Positions 1 through 10,166 of a stretch of 64,000 nt of DNA are shown one piece after another. Each line of letters begins with the position of its first letter. Positions within the stretch are counted from its first letter, which is position 1. The notes below the pieces were generated by a model that saw only the letters and a program-made list of their open reading frames with translations, was not told where the DNA came from and did not search any database. Position numbers and translations under genes: made by a program. The DNA is from Verrucomicrobiaceae bacterium (GTDB taxonomy: Bacteria > Verrucomicrobiota > Verrucomicrobiia > Verrucomicrobiales > Akkermansiaceae), in contig JBPOGH010000008.1 of NCBI GenBank assembly GCA_051252135.1, positions 96,001 through 160,000 of the forward strand, in the 5' to 3' direction.

Positions 1-772
1 GAAGCCGATCGACCGCTGCCACCACCCGCGGCACCTGGCCTTCGGGATCGGGTAGCACATCAAAGACCAATCTCCCTTCCTGTCCGCGTGACCTCGCCAA
101 CAGCTGAAACACCTCGCGAATCGTCACCCCCTCACCGGATGCCAGATTAACCGCTCCCCCCACCGGAGAATCAAAAAGCGCCCCGAAGGCATCACCCAGT
201 TCTTCCACCGCCAAAAAGTCCCTCTCCAGCCTCCCGCTATCAAAAGGAATCTCTCCCTCACCTTCCAGCTTCTTCACCAACCTCGGAATCAACCGGCGTT
301 CGTCTTCGAACGGTCCAAAGGGACAAAAAACCCGTCCCCACGCCATCGACACCCCCAACTCTTCGGCCATCTGTTCCGCCGACTCACGCAACAGGTTCTT
401 ACTCCGCCCATACAAACTATCCGGCTCCAATACACTGGACTCACTCAAATCCCCCTCGCCCCCCCACGCATACTCCGCACTCGTTCCCCCCATCACAACC
501 CGCCTCCCTCCGCACCGCCCAAAATTTTCCAGCATTTCCAGACTCGCCTCAGTCCACTTCGGATTCTCCGGACTCGTCCAATACTTCCCCGGTGTCGCCT
601 CCCAGGCCAGATGAACCAAACCCTCAAACCTCCCGCTCTCAAGAAAATCCCTCACCTCGCTCGGATTCAGCAAATCAATCCGGGTCGTCACCACCTCATG
701 CCCCCGTCTCTGGAGCGCCGGCAACACGTGGCGACCGATAAACCCGGTCGCCCCTGTCAGAAATATCTTCAT
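1..772 (-). CDS. NAD-dependent epimerase/dehydratase (runs off the window start)
   Basis: Not in the ORF track; read by hand from ATG 772: MKIFLTGATGFIGRHVL (GxxGxxG Rossmann)...VHLAWEATPGKYW. ATGA overlap with the upstream epimerase stop. Confidence 0.88.
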   Translation of the reverse strand, partial: MKIFLTGATGFIGRHVLPALQRRGHEVVTTRIDLLNPSEVRDFLESGRFEGLVHLAWEATPGKYWTSPENPKWTEASLEMLENFGRCGGRRVVMGGTSAEYAWGGEGDLSESSVLEPDSLYGRSKNLLRESAEQMAEELGVSMAWGRVFCPFGPFEDERRLIPRLVKKLEGEGEIPFDSGRLERDFLAVEELGDAFGALFDSPVGGAVNLASGEGVTIREVFQLLARSRGQEGRLVFDVLPDPEGQVPRVVAAVDRL

Positions 773-1293
773 CGTTTCAGAAACGGAGCATTCCGGTCCT
801 TCTCGGAGATCGTCAGATCCAAATCCGGCCACTCAACTCCCAAGCCCGGATCATCCCAACGAATCACCGCAGCGGCCTCCGGAACATAGGCTCCTTCGAT
901 CAAATACGCCATCGTACTGTCATCCTCCAACGTAACATACCCATGGCCACACCCCTTCGGCACATAAGTGCTGCGCCCGTCACCCGCGACCAATTCGGTC
1001 CCGTGCCATTTCAAATAAGTCGCCGAGTCACGCCGCAAATCGACAATGACATCCCACACCCGACCGGAAACACAGGTCACCAGCTTGCTCTGACCGTGGG
1101 GCTCCTCTTGAAAGTGAAACGCCCGCAAGGTTCCCGCTTTCACATTGTAGGAATGGTGCGCGTTCACCGGCCGAAACTCCAATCCCCCTCCATTCTCCCA
1201 GAAGGTCTCAAAGCTCCCCCGGTGATCCGAAAACACCGGAACCGAAAGGAGCCGCGCACCTTCGATGGGAAGGGCTTGGATGTCTGGAATCAC
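769..1293 (-). CDS. rfbC: dTDP-4-dehydrorhamnose 3,5-epimerase family (RmlC/RfbC cupin)
   Basis: DHRGSF, GTLRAFHFQ, KLVTCVSG..DVIVDLR, YVPKGCGHGY, IRWDDP, ISEKD motifs. Confidence 0.88.
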   Translation of the reverse strand: MIPDIQALPIEGARLLSVPVFSDHRGSFETFWENGGGLEFRPVNAHHSYNVKAGTLRAFHFQEEPHGQSKLVTCVSGRVWDVIVDLRRDSATYLKWHGTELVAGDGRSTYVPKGCGHGYVTLEDDSTMAYLIEGAYVPEAAAVIRWDDPGLGVEWPDLDLTISEKDRNAPFLKR

Positions 1294-2027
1294 GGTTTCA
1301 AATACAGCGCATGGAAGTACTCCCCCTGCTCGCTTTCCATCGTGGTCAGTCGCGTCTCGCGATAACCGAACTCCGCGAGAAAATCGCGCAACGCTTCGGG
1401 CGATGACTTAAAGGCCGGAAGCGCGAAAGTATGAACCTCAATGAGCAAAGGCGCTCCTTTTTCAAGCGTGTCGATCGCTCCCTTGAGCACCTCATGCTCC
1501 GCCCCCTCCACATCAATCTTGATCAAGTCCGGGGTCCGCGCCCGCCCCGCCAGACACGCGTCCAGCGTGCTCGCCTTCACCGTGATCTTTCTCCCCTTCT
1601 TCGTTCCTGCAAGCGTCGCCGCCGGAGAGAGACCGGTCTCAATCATCATCTCCACATCACCCGATCCACTGCTATTGAGTGCATTGGGAAACACCTTGCA
1701 GCTCCGGTAGAGATCGTTCAAATCCAGATTCCTCCGCAAAAGCTCAAGATTCGCCGGCACCGGCTCAATCGCCACAATCCGCCCCTTCTCCCCGACCAAA
1801 TGCGAAGCATACATCGTGTGCAGTCCAAAGTTCGCCCCGACATCCACAAAGAAATCCCCCTCACTCAACCGATCCCTTAACACGCCCTGCACCACATCCT
1901 CGCCATCCATGTCAAAGCGCCGAAGCGACTCATCGAAACGAAAGGGAACTCCTTGGATCTTCTTGGGATATCCCCGGAAACCGTGAAGTGCCCTGAAAAC
2001 GAGATTGCGAAATGATTCCGAGAACAT
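1290..2027 (-). CDS. FkbM family methyltransferase
   Basis: FVDVGANFG, AIEP, LIKIDVEGAEHEVLKGA, IEVH. Start taken at ATG 2027, just after the GT2 stop. Confidence 0.9.
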   Translation of the reverse strand: MFSESFRNLVFRALHGFRGYPKKIQGVPFRFDESLRRFDMDGEDVVQGVLRDRLSEGDFFVDVGANFGLHTMYASHLVGEKGRIVAIEPVPANLELLRRNLDLNDLYRSCKVFPNALNSSGSGDVEMMIETGLSPAATLAGTKKGRKITVKASTLDACLAGRARTPDLIKIDVEGAEHEVLKGAIDTLEKGAPLLIEVHTFALPAFKSSPEALRDFLAEFGYRETRLTTMESEQGEYFHALYLKP

Positions 2028-2031
2028 GATT

Positions 2032-2964
2032 TTATGCTGAAAAAGAGGTGATACCGCGCAGAACCTCAAAGTTCTTTACCCCGAGCAGCATGCGAATCTT
2101 CCACGGCAAAGGATGGGATTCCCCCGTCTTCCGAAGTTCTTCCAACCAATGCTGACCTTCCGCAAGGGCCTGCTCGGCAGTTCTGAGATCTTCTGCTGCG
2201 CGTGCCTGCAGATAGATCCCCGAGAAGAGATGCACCAGCGTTTTCATCTGCCCGCACGTCGGAACCTTCCCGCAGGACTCCAAAAAGGCCAGATTGACCC
2301 CCACCGCAGCCCGATTTCCGCGGAACCAGGCCGCCGGTTCATAATCGGAACGGCAATCCGCCGTATGCGTCCGGTAACGCGCCCCGGCATAGGCGCAATA
2401 CGCCACCTCGGCACCGGCCACGACCCGAAACCAAAAGGCGGTATCTTCCGCCAAAAACCCATCAAGCTCCTCGGGCCACCGATGATCTCCCAACCAGGAT
2501 CGCCGAATCAGAGTCGAGTGAATCGCCCAAGCCGTGAAGGCGATCGCCGAGTCCTCCAAGCCAACCCGCGTGGGCTCCTTGAGCTCGCTCCTCACCGGAT
2601 CATCATCGCGAAACTCCGTCCAGGGTGACGTCACCAGATCCGCCTCCCCCGCCCCCTCAAGCAGCTCACCCAGAAAATCCCCTTCGATCAAATCATCCCC
2701 ATCCAGAAACAAAATCCACTCCCCGCGCGCCTGCGCCAGACCAACATTGCGGGTCGATCCGGGACCCGGAACCGGATTGCTGAAAAATCGAACCCGCTCG
2801 TCCGCCAATTCCGTCGCAAGCCTCGGACCCTCATCCGTCGAGTTGTTGTCCACGATCACCCACTCCCAATCCGTAAAACTCTGCCCCAACACCGACCTCG
2901 CAGTCTCCCCGAAATACCGCCCTTTGTTAAAAAGCGGAGTAATGATCGAAACCCTTGGATTCAC
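2032..2964 (-). CDS. Glycosyltransferase family 2
   Basis: VSIITPLFN, IVDNNSTD, RNVGL..ARGEWILFLDGDD, ED motif. GTG start at 2964 overlaps the ABC transporter stop (GTGA). Confidence 0.92.
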   Translation of the reverse strand: MNPRVSIITPLFNKGRYFGETARSVLGQSFTDWEWVIVDNNSTDEGPRLATELADERVRFFSNPVPGPGSTRNVGLAQARGEWILFLDGDDLIEGDFLGELLEGAGEADLVTSPWTEFRDDDPVRSELKEPTRVGLEDSAIAFTAWAIHSTLIRRSWLGDHRWPEELDGFLAEDTAFWFRVVAGAEVAYCAYAGARYRTHTADCRSDYEPAAWFRGNRAAVGVNLAFLESCGKVPTCGQMKTLVHLFSGIYLQARAAEDLRTAEQALAEGQHWLEELRKTGESHPLPWKIRMLLGVKNFEVLRGITSFSA

Positions 2965-4709
2965 GATAGTCGAATGGTTTGGGAGCACGACTCAACCGTA
3001 TTGAGGCGATGCGCGATCACAATCATGGTCAGGGTGCCTTGCAGCGCATCAATCGCCTTCATCACCTCGGCCTCGGTTTCCAGATCCAGCGCACTCGTCG
3101 CCTCATCAAGAATCAGCACCTCAGGCTCATGATAAAGGGCGCGAGCCAACCCGATCCGCTGCCGCTGCCCGCCCGAAAGCCGCACCCCGCGCTCACCCAC
3201 AATGGTCTCCCATCCTTGCGGCAACTCGTTTTCAATCAGATCCATGAGCTGGGCCGCCCTCGCCGCCCGTTCCAGCGCCTCCCAATCAATATCCTCCCGA
3301 TTCACTCCAAAGGCGATGTTCTCGGCCACCGGTGCATCGATCAGAAAAATATCCTGCGGCACATACCCGATAAGCGCCCGCCACCCCGACAACGTCTCCC
3401 CGGTCAGCAGGGTATCATCAATCCGAATCACCCCGGACTGCGGCTGATGCAACCCAAGAAGGGCATCCACCAATGTCGATTTTCCCGACCCCGTCGCCCC
3501 AATGATCCCCACCGATGAATTCTTCGGAATCGTCAAACTAAAGCCGTCCAGAACCGGTTTGCTGGCACCCGGATATTGAAAGGTGATCTCCTCCAGATGA
3601 ATCGCCTCATGAAACTCAGGCGCCACTTCCCGGTCCCGCTTTCCTCCCTCCCGGGATTCGTGATGCCGCATCTCCTCCAGCTCTTCCTCCAGCTCATCGA
3701 CGGTATACTTCATCGCGATGATCTGGTTCAGCTGCCCGTAAAGAAGTTGAATCGAAGGAAGCAAACGGTAACCCGCAAACGCCATCACCGTCAGACTCGG
3801 CAAAAGATCGGTAAATGACTCCCCCCGTGCCGCCATCCAGATCACCACAGCCACCAACCCGCCGTAAGCAATCGGCTCGATCAAGTAACGTGGGCTGTTC
3901 CCGAAGATCGGAATCTGTGGCATGAGCCGGGCCTGTTCCCGGGAATGCTTCGCAAACGCCTCAATAAAATAGTCCGTCTTCCCGTGCACCAACGACGGCT
4001 TGATCCCGCCGAAAAACTGCTGGGCCGCAATCATACTCCCCTGGTTGGCCACATTGATCCCCTCGCTGATCCGGCTCGCTCGCCGACGGAAGAACAAAAA
4101 TACCGCCAGATAAAAGGACCCAAATAACAACCCTGCCCCGATCGCAATCTGCGGCTGAATCAGGAAAATCGTAAGGATCAAAAATCCCAGCGTCACCACC
4201 CGGGATACCGCCTCCAGCAACCCCAAAAAGACATTGTTGATGAACTGATTCACCTCCACCGCCAGCTTCTGGATCAACCCTCCCGAATGACGATCAAGAA
4301 AGAATTGGTAAGGACGAACCGCAAAGGAATTCAACAGCCTCAACCGCAAAAAATGACCCAACCCATGGGCGTAGCGAACCCGCACCACCTCACCCAACAA
4401 GCTGGTGGCATTCGCCAAAAGAAGCACGATGATGGAAGCCACCCCTGCCCAAACCAGAAGAGTCGCATTGTCCATCTCCGGAAGCAGGGAGAGCGCCCAT
4501 TGCCCCAACTCGCTTTCACGGGCCAACGCCGGATCCGCCGCCAGTGCGAAAAATGGAAAGACCGACGTCACCCCGAACACCTGCATCAACCCGTTGGCCA
4601 GAATCACCAACATCACCAGGCAAAGCTTCCGCCTCCCGAAAGGACGGGCAATGGCGAGACAACGTCTCGTCAGACGAATAAAGCCGGTGAACATGGTGGG
4701 ATGCGGCAC
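2961..4709 (-). CDS. ABC transporter permease/ATPase fusion (PglK/HepA-like glycan flippase)
   Basis: N-terminal TM domain; Walker A GATGSGKST, signature LSGGQRQR, Walker B ILDEATSALD, IAHRL; located in the EPS locus. Confidence 0.88.
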   Translation of the reverse strand: MPHPTMFTGFIRLTRRCLAIARPFGRRKLCLVMLVILANGLMQVFGVTSVFPFFALAADPALARESELGQWALSLLPEMDNATLLVWAGVASIIVLLLANATSLLGEVVRVRYAHGLGHFLRLRLLNSFAVRPYQFFLDRHSGGLIQKLAVEVNQFINNVFLGLLEAVSRVVTLGFLILTIFLIQPQIAIGAGLLFGSFYLAVFLFFRRRASRISEGINVANQGSMIAAQQFFGGIKPSLVHGKTDYFIEAFAKHSREQARLMPQIPIFGNSPRYLIEPIAYGGLVAVVIWMAARGESFTDLLPSLTVMAFAGYRLLPSIQLLYGQLNQIIAMKYTVDELEEELEEMRHHESREGGKRDREVAPEFHEAIHLEEITFQYPGASKPVLDGFSLTIPKNSSVGIIGATGSGKSTLVDALLGLHQPQSGVIRIDDTLLTGETLSGWRALIGYVPQDIFLIDAPVAENIAFGVNREDIDWEALERAARAAQLMDLIENELPQGWETIVGERGVRLSGGQRQRIGLARALYHEPEVLILDEATSALDLETEAEVMKAIDALQGTLTMIVIAHRLNTVESCSQTIRLS

Positions 4710-4847
4710 GCTGCCGCCAGTGGTCGCATGCCGCTAAGATCAGGCAAAACCACGTTGAAAGTTGATTGGGAAACGTGCTCGCACGCCTAAATCTCAATAA
4801 CCCGACGTCCCCACCCGGGAGCGGGTGAAGGGCGAAACCGGATCGAT

Positions 4848-6956
4848 CTAAAAATGTTCATTGGCAGGCTTCGCGAGGCGAATGTCGGACTCCTCATGCT
4901 CCTCCTCTTCGCCGTATTCCTGATAACCATACCCGTAGCTTCCCGCCTTGAAGCGTTTCTCGGCATAGTCATTCAAAAGGATACCGTCAGGAACCACTCC
5001 CGAGTGATCCAAAAGGGATATTGCCGATTGCACCGCCTTGCGGGGTGTCGCATCAGCCCGCACCACCAACGCAAGATTGTGGGAAAAGGGCGCCAGGATT
5101 CGCGTATCCGGAACCGCTAACAAGGGAGCGGTATCAATGACGATATGATCATACTCCTTCGCAAATTCCGCGAGAAGCTCCTTCACTTTCGATGGCTCCA
5201 GAAGCTCGCCGGGATTGGGCGACTTGGGTCCTGAAAAAATCACCGTCAAATTCGGAAGCGCCTCGTACTGCGTGAGGGCCTCCTCCAGGGGCGCCGTCTT
5301 CGTCAGCACATTGACAATGCCGGGGTAGGCGTTGCGCGCCTCGCCAAAGAGCTTGTGAACCGAGGGCTTCCTAAGATCAAAATCAATCAACAAGGTCTTG
5401 GTTCCCTGCCGTGCATAAGCGATCGCGAGATTGGTTGCCGAAAAGGTTTTCCCCTCCCCCGGAAGAGACGAGGTCACAAGTGTCACCCTCCGTTCGTCAT
5501 TGTTCCCCAGCAGGGAGATCGATGCCCGCAGCACCCGGAAGACCTCCCCAAAGTGCGTCTCATTCCCCCAGTTGGTGATCGCCAGGGCAGGAGCAATCTT
5601 GGCCAACGAATTGGGAAGCTTGGAAAGATGCGCCTTCTTCTGCGCCAGTTCACTCTCATCCGGGAGACGGTGCACCACCGCCAATGGCGGCAGACCAAAG
5701 AATTCACTCACCTGCTCGGCCGTGTGAATCTTGTTATCCAAAAACTGGAAGAGGAAAGCCAAACCCAGACCGAAAAAGAGCCCCATTGCCGATGCCTTCA
5801 TCAGGATCGATTTCGCATCCGGCGCGAAGGGATAGATCGGCAGCTGGCCGGCTTCTTTCGGAATCACCTCGGATTCGGCCCGCTCGGCCGTCACCTGCTT
5901 GGTCTGCACCCTCTCGAGCAGACTTTTATAAAGCGTGCTGCGGCTCTCAATCTCACTATCCAATGTCGATTTGCGCGCAAGCAGCAGTCGCCTCATCTCA
6001 TTGAAGGTCTTCTCATTCCCGGGGTCGGATAACTGCTCCTTAAATTGCTGCCAGTGCTCCTGATCCAACGGGTTGGTCACGGCCGCGGAGAGCTTTTCCA
6101 GCAAGTCCTTTTTACAAATCTCATACCCCCGCTCGGCATCCTTCATCTTGGGATGCTTATGCAGGTATCGAACCGAAAGATCGGAAACCGTCTTCTCCGC
6201 CTCAATCATCGCCTTCTCCGCCTCCAGCGGAGCGGAATAACTCCCAAGCAACTTCTGCGCATTCTGCAGCTCTTTGCCCACCCGTTCCGATTCCGACATC
6301 AGATACTCCAGCGTGGTGAGCGCACCCGATGATTTGCTCTCCTCGCGAAGGGCGATGAAATGATGAACCAACCGGTTGGTGACCACTTGCGCCACCACCG
6401 GAGAAGTATGCACCACCGAGACATTGATGAAGCGACTTTCCTCCGGCACATCCGAGCTCGTCCAACTCCGGATCATCTGGGCCAAAACAAGGGCCGGTGG
6501 TGCACTTTCGGTCAACAGATTCTCGGCCTCCTTCGGTGCCTTGAAGACCGATCCAAGGCCGCCCGGCTCCTCGGGAATCAAATCAGGAAGTTCCCGCACA
6601 AGCGGATCGGAGGCCACTTTCTCAAAAAGACTGCTCCGTTCAAAATCCGCTCGCACCGTTTCCACCGCCTCCTTGCTCCGCAAATCAATGTCGGCAGGAT
6701 CATACTGCCCCATCACCGTGACGTTCCAGTCCCGCACCATCAACGTCGCCGTTGAGCGGTAGAGCGGCACCGATTGCTTTAACTGAAAAAAACCAAATCC
6801 AAGACCCAGCAATAGACCCAACAGAAGCCAGTGCCAGCGCGCCAGAAGTCGAGGCAGCAGATAAGCCGGATCAAACATTCCCGGCTGCTGGTTTTTCGAT
6901 GCCAAATCATCATAGCCGTGCTCGGCTGTGGATTCGGGTGTGCGCTTCTTAGCCAT
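4848..6956 (-). CDS. wzc: Polysaccharide co-polymerase / BY-kinase (Wzc-like)
   Basis: Two TMs flanking a coiled-coil region; SSLPGEGKT, IDFDLRKP, IVIDTAP; C-terminal Tyr cluster SYGYGYQEY. Confidence 0.9.
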   Translation of the reverse strand: MAKKRTPESTAEHGYDDLASKNQQPGMFDPAYLLPRLLARWHWLLLGLLLGLGFGFFQLKQSVPLYRSTATLMVRDWNVTVMGQYDPADIDLRSKEAVETVRADFERSSLFEKVASDPLVRELPDLIPEEPGGLGSVFKAPKEAENLLTESAPPALVLAQMIRSWTSSDVPEESRFINVSVVHTSPVVAQVVTNRLVHHFIALREESKSSGALTTLEYLMSESERVGKELQNAQKLLGSYSAPLEAEKAMIEAEKTVSDLSVRYLHKHPKMKDAERGYEICKKDLLEKLSAAVTNPLDQEHWQQFKEQLSDPGNEKTFNEMRRLLLARKSTLDSEIESRSTLYKSLLERVQTKQVTAERAESEVIPKEAGQLPIYPFAPDAKSILMKASAMGLFFGLGLAFLFQFLDNKIHTAEQVSEFFGLPPLAVVHRLPDESELAQKKAHLSKLPNSLAKIAPALAITNWGNETHFGEVFRVLRASISLLGNNDERRVTLVTSSLPGEGKTFSATNLAIAYARQGTKTLLIDFDLRKPSVHKLFGEARNAYPGIVNVLTKTAPLEEALTQYEALPNLTVIFSGPKSPNPGELLEPSKVKELLAEFAKEYDHIVIDTAPLLAVPDTRILAPFSHNLALVVRADATPRKAVQSAISLLDHSGVVPDGILLNDYAEKRFKAGSYGYGYQEYGEEEEHEESDIRLAKPANEHF

Positions 6957-6977
6957 TCTGGTTCAAAGTTTTGGATG

Positions 6978-8036
6978 TCAAATGCGACGGGTTGGCACCG
7001 AGATGACGTCTCCGGGCGAAAGGTAAAACAACGGGACTTCCCCATCCGCCATCTTGCGGAGGTTCAGCGTGTAAGTCTGCTTCCCCTCTTTGGTGGTGCG
7101 GGTGATCTTCACTTTCTCCTCGTTCCCCAACCGCTTGTATCCCCCGGCCCGACCGATCGCATTGAGGATGCTCATCCGCCCATCAAGGCTGAAGGCGATG
7201 GGGCCCGGCCGATTGACCTCTCCCACTACCGTGACCGATTTCCCCACGTAGAGACTCGCCGGAATCGTCACCACATCCCCGGGGGCCAGCAACGTGGTCC
7301 CGCCCGTGTTGATCCTCATCAGCTTCGTCCCCCGCTTGATCGTGGCCCGCTTAAGATCGGCCGCCTCGGAAAGACCTCCCGCTTTCCCAATCAAAGTCCC
7401 AAGATCCAGCCGACCACTCAACGGAAAGGGAAAGGTATCCGCATTCTCGATCTCACCCACAATGGTCACCGAGGTATTGGCAAATCGATTCATCGGGACG
7501 TCGATCCGATCACCATTCTGAAGTAAAATCTGCCCCGCTCCCGGTTCCTGAAGCTTCCCGAAGGAATACGTCGTCGTCAGATCATTTCGATTGAGCCGAA
7601 TACCGTCACCGTCCGCAAACTTGGCCAAGCCCCCCGCCCCGGCAATCGCCGTCACCAAATCAAGGGGAGAATCCTGGGGAATTTCTATCTCCCCCGGTGC
7701 ATTCACTGCCCCGATCACGGTGACCCGTTCCTGCCGCGCCTTGATCAGGGTCACCGTCACTTCGGGACTGACAAGCCAGCCATCCAGATAGGCTTCCGTG
7801 ATCGCCTCTTTCGCCTGTCCCAAGGTGAGACCCGACAGGTTGATGGAACCAATGAACTTGAACGAGGCCTCCCCCGTCTTGGTCAGCGTCGTTTCCGTAG
7901 TGAGATCTTCCTCCTGATAGACCGTCACCCCAATTTGATCAAATGCCTGGAGCCGATAGGCAAAGTCATCCTCAGCGCGGCAGCATAACGCGGTCGCTAT
8001 CCCGAGGAAAACCACGAGGAGCCGAATAGATATCAT
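6978..8036 (-). CDS. Polysaccharide export protein with SLBB repeats (Wza-like)
   Basis: YRLQAFDQIGVTVYQEEDL poly_export start; three V.GxV..PG...AGG...L..GD.I.VP SLBB repeats. Confidence 0.88.
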   Translation of the reverse strand: MISIRLLVVFLGIATALCCRAEDDFAYRLQAFDQIGVTVYQEEDLTTETTLTKTGEASFKFIGSINLSGLTLGQAKEAITEAYLDGWLVSPEVTVTLIKARQERVTVIGAVNAPGEIEIPQDSPLDLVTAIAGAGGLAKFADGDGIRLNRNDLTTTYSFGKLQEPGAGQILLQNGDRIDVPMNRFANTSVTIVGEIENADTFPFPLSGRLDLGTLIGKAGGLSEAADLKRATIKRGTKLMRINTGGTTLLAPGDVVTIPASLYVGKSVTVVGEVNRPGPIAFSLDGRMSILNAIGRAGGYKRLGNEEKVKITRTTKEGKQTYTLNLRKMADGEVPLFYLSPGDVISVPTRRI

Positions 8037-8052
8037 GGGGGGAGAAGTTAGA

Positions 8053-9483
8053 TCAGAATCGGTAGTTCAATGACACCGATGCCGTAGTCTGTTTGAAAGA
8101 CCGGCCCCCTAAATTCTCGGAATGTGAAAGGTTTGTCGATATTGATATTCCGGACCAGAGAGAAGGGTGTGAATAACTGAGAAAAATTACTCTGTATTCT
8201 TGGCCCGGACGCCCTACCAAACCCTGCGAATTTATAAAATCGGTCGTACTTTGAGAGTAACTCAACGAAGCATGGGACAACCCGAAAAATCGCCTCACCC
8301 CCAACGAGAACGTCCGATCTTCCAGTGACTCGTTCGAAGTGACCATCGAAGGGCTGTTCCGCATCCGCAAACTGGCCCAAGCCTCCCACTCATCGGACGG
8401 AGAGTAGGTCATGCTCAACGCCCCACTCAAGGCCTGGTCCCCGCTCCCCAGTGCCCCCGCGTTTTGCTCAAAGACATCGTTCCCAAAAACCCGATTCAAT
8501 TCCCTGTTCCGAAGCTGATCGATGGAGATCGACTCATACGCCAGGTCGCCCCGAAAACTCCAGATATCATCCAACTCATAGTCCAACCGAATCGACCCCG
8601 TCGGCGAAATCCGATCCGCAATCCCCGGCTGATCCGCACTCACCAGCTCCGCTCCCAAATTCATCGAAAGATTGGTCTTCGCGCTGTAATCATAATCCGC
8701 CCGCGCCAACAACCCCACACTGTCAAATCCACCCGTACTGTCGGAATCGGTCGAAGCATAGCGCAATGACGGTCCCACACTCAAAAGCGGAGTCGCTTCC
8801 CACAAAGCGGAAACACTCGCCCCCAATCCCGAATTGTTGCTCAACGGACTGATGCTGTTTTCACGCCGCGTAAAATTCACATCTCCAAGAATCTGCGTCT
8901 TGGCCGACCACTCATGACGACCGGATAGCGACACCCCCAAAGTCGTGTTCCGCGCGAAGTCCTCCGCCAGCCGGTTCGAATCATTGGAAAGATTAAAGGT
9001 CGTTCCAAAGGTCACCCACGTCTTCGCCCCCTCATAGGAAGCCGTAGCGTTGAAAAGGTGATCCGTGTTATCGGCTATCGCCCCCCCGTGGTAAAAATTC
9101 AACCGGGGATTGTAACTCGCTCCAACCACAAAGACCGCCCTTCCCTTGGGAGCCGAGCGATAGGAAACGCCCGGGCTCAGACTCGTATAAAACACCCCAC
9201 TCGCATTCGTCTGGCTGATCCGGGGGTTGGAGTTGAACGTCTCCTGGACTCTCATCGAAAAATCAAATCCCTCGGAGGAGCTGTCCCGCAAACTCCCGTT
9301 CGTAAAGAGCTCCACCGCCTCCTCAAAAGTCTGCGGAATCTGCGGAATCCCATCCAACCCCGGACCCATCATAAAATCCGGATTCACATACTCCGGATCC
9401 TCCTCAAATGATTCCTCCTCCTCGAATTCCTGAGCGCCCGCCACCCCGACTGCAAACAGAACGGAAAGCCAGAAACGGAACAT
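8053..9483 (-). CDS. Outer-membrane beta-barrel, EPS/PEP-CTERM-locus associated
   Basis: Signal peptide, alternating amphipathic strands, C-terminal SLNYRF BAM-type signal; adjacent to wza. Confidence 0.75.
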   Translation of the reverse strand: MFRFWLSVLFAVGVAGAQEFEEEESFEEDPEYVNPDFMMGPGLDGIPQIPQTFEEAVELFTNGSLRDSSSEGFDFSMRVQETFNSNPRISQTNASGVFYTSLSPGVSYRSAPKGRAVFVVGASYNPRLNFYHGGAIADNTDHLFNATASYEGAKTWVTFGTTFNLSNDSNRLAEDFARNTTLGVSLSGRHEWSAKTQILGDVNFTRRENSISPLSNNSGLGASVSALWEATPLLSVGPSLRYASTDSDSTGGFDSVGLLARADYDYSAKTNLSMNLGAELVSADQPGIADRISPTGSIRLDYELDDIWSFRGDLAYESISIDQLRNRELNRVFGNDVFEQNAGALGSGDQALSGALSMTYSPSDEWEAWASLRMRNSPSMVTSNESLEDRTFSLGVRRFFGLSHASLSYSQSTTDFINSQGLVGRPGQEYRVIFLSYSHPSLWSGISISTNLSHSENLGGRSFKQTTASVSLNYRF

Positions 9484-9491
9484 GCCCGAGG

Positions 9492-10160
9492 CTAATCCTT
9501 CAGCTGGCAGTTCGCCAAGACCAAGCTCTCAAAAATACCATCCGCCTCCTCCCCTTCCCCATACCCCGTAATCAATGCCAGGATCAAACTCGCCGCCGGA
9601 ACACTCTTCCGATTCCAAATGAAATCCGCCCGCATCCCCCAACTGTCAAAATCCGGAACCTCGTTCTCCTCCCAATTGTCAAATCCCAGCCACACCAACT
9701 TATAGACAAAAAGCGGACCCCGCTCGGCCGGATGGGTGAATTCATAACGCTGAATGCGACAATTCGGAAACGCACTTTCAAATCCCGGCACGCTGGGACC
9801 ATCCACCAAAACCGCTCCCGAGGACGGCATGCAAATATCCGGCGAATGCCCGAACAGATCCCGCCACAACCGCCCGTTTCCCGGATCATACTCCATCGCG
9901 ATCACCGTGAGACTTCGCGCCGGATCATCATCCAAATAGGAACGCTGATAACTCCTGCTCCGATCAAAAGACAGGATGTCCCCCGCCCGGCTGTTCGACA
10001 GGGGAAGCTCCTCAATGTCCGGCGATGGCTCATGCTCCCGCAAGTGCAGCATGCCCGCCTCCCCCTTCCCGGTAGCCGGAAACCAGAGTCGCGGGACCAC
10101 TTCACTCATACCAATCGCCACAAGGACGATGACCGGAATTGCTACCTTCGCTGCGATCAT
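9492..10160 (-). CDS. Exosortase-associated EpsI-like protein
   Basis: N-terminal TM; FGHSPDICMPSSG matches the EpsI H-x-P-x-x-C-x-P-x-x-G motif; follows the exosortase. Confidence 0.72.
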   Translation of the reverse strand: MIAAKVAIPVIVLVAIGMSEVVPRLWFPATGKGEAGMLHLREHEPSPDIEELPLSNSRAGDILSFDRSRSYQRSYLDDDPARSLTVIAMEYDPGNGRLWRDLFGHSPDICMPSSGAVLVDGPSVPGFESAFPNCRIQRYEFTHPAERGPLFVYKLVWLGFDNWEENEVPDFDSWGMRADFIWNRKSVPAASLILALITGYGEGEEADGIFESLVLANCQLKD

Positions 10161-10166
10161 GGCATT

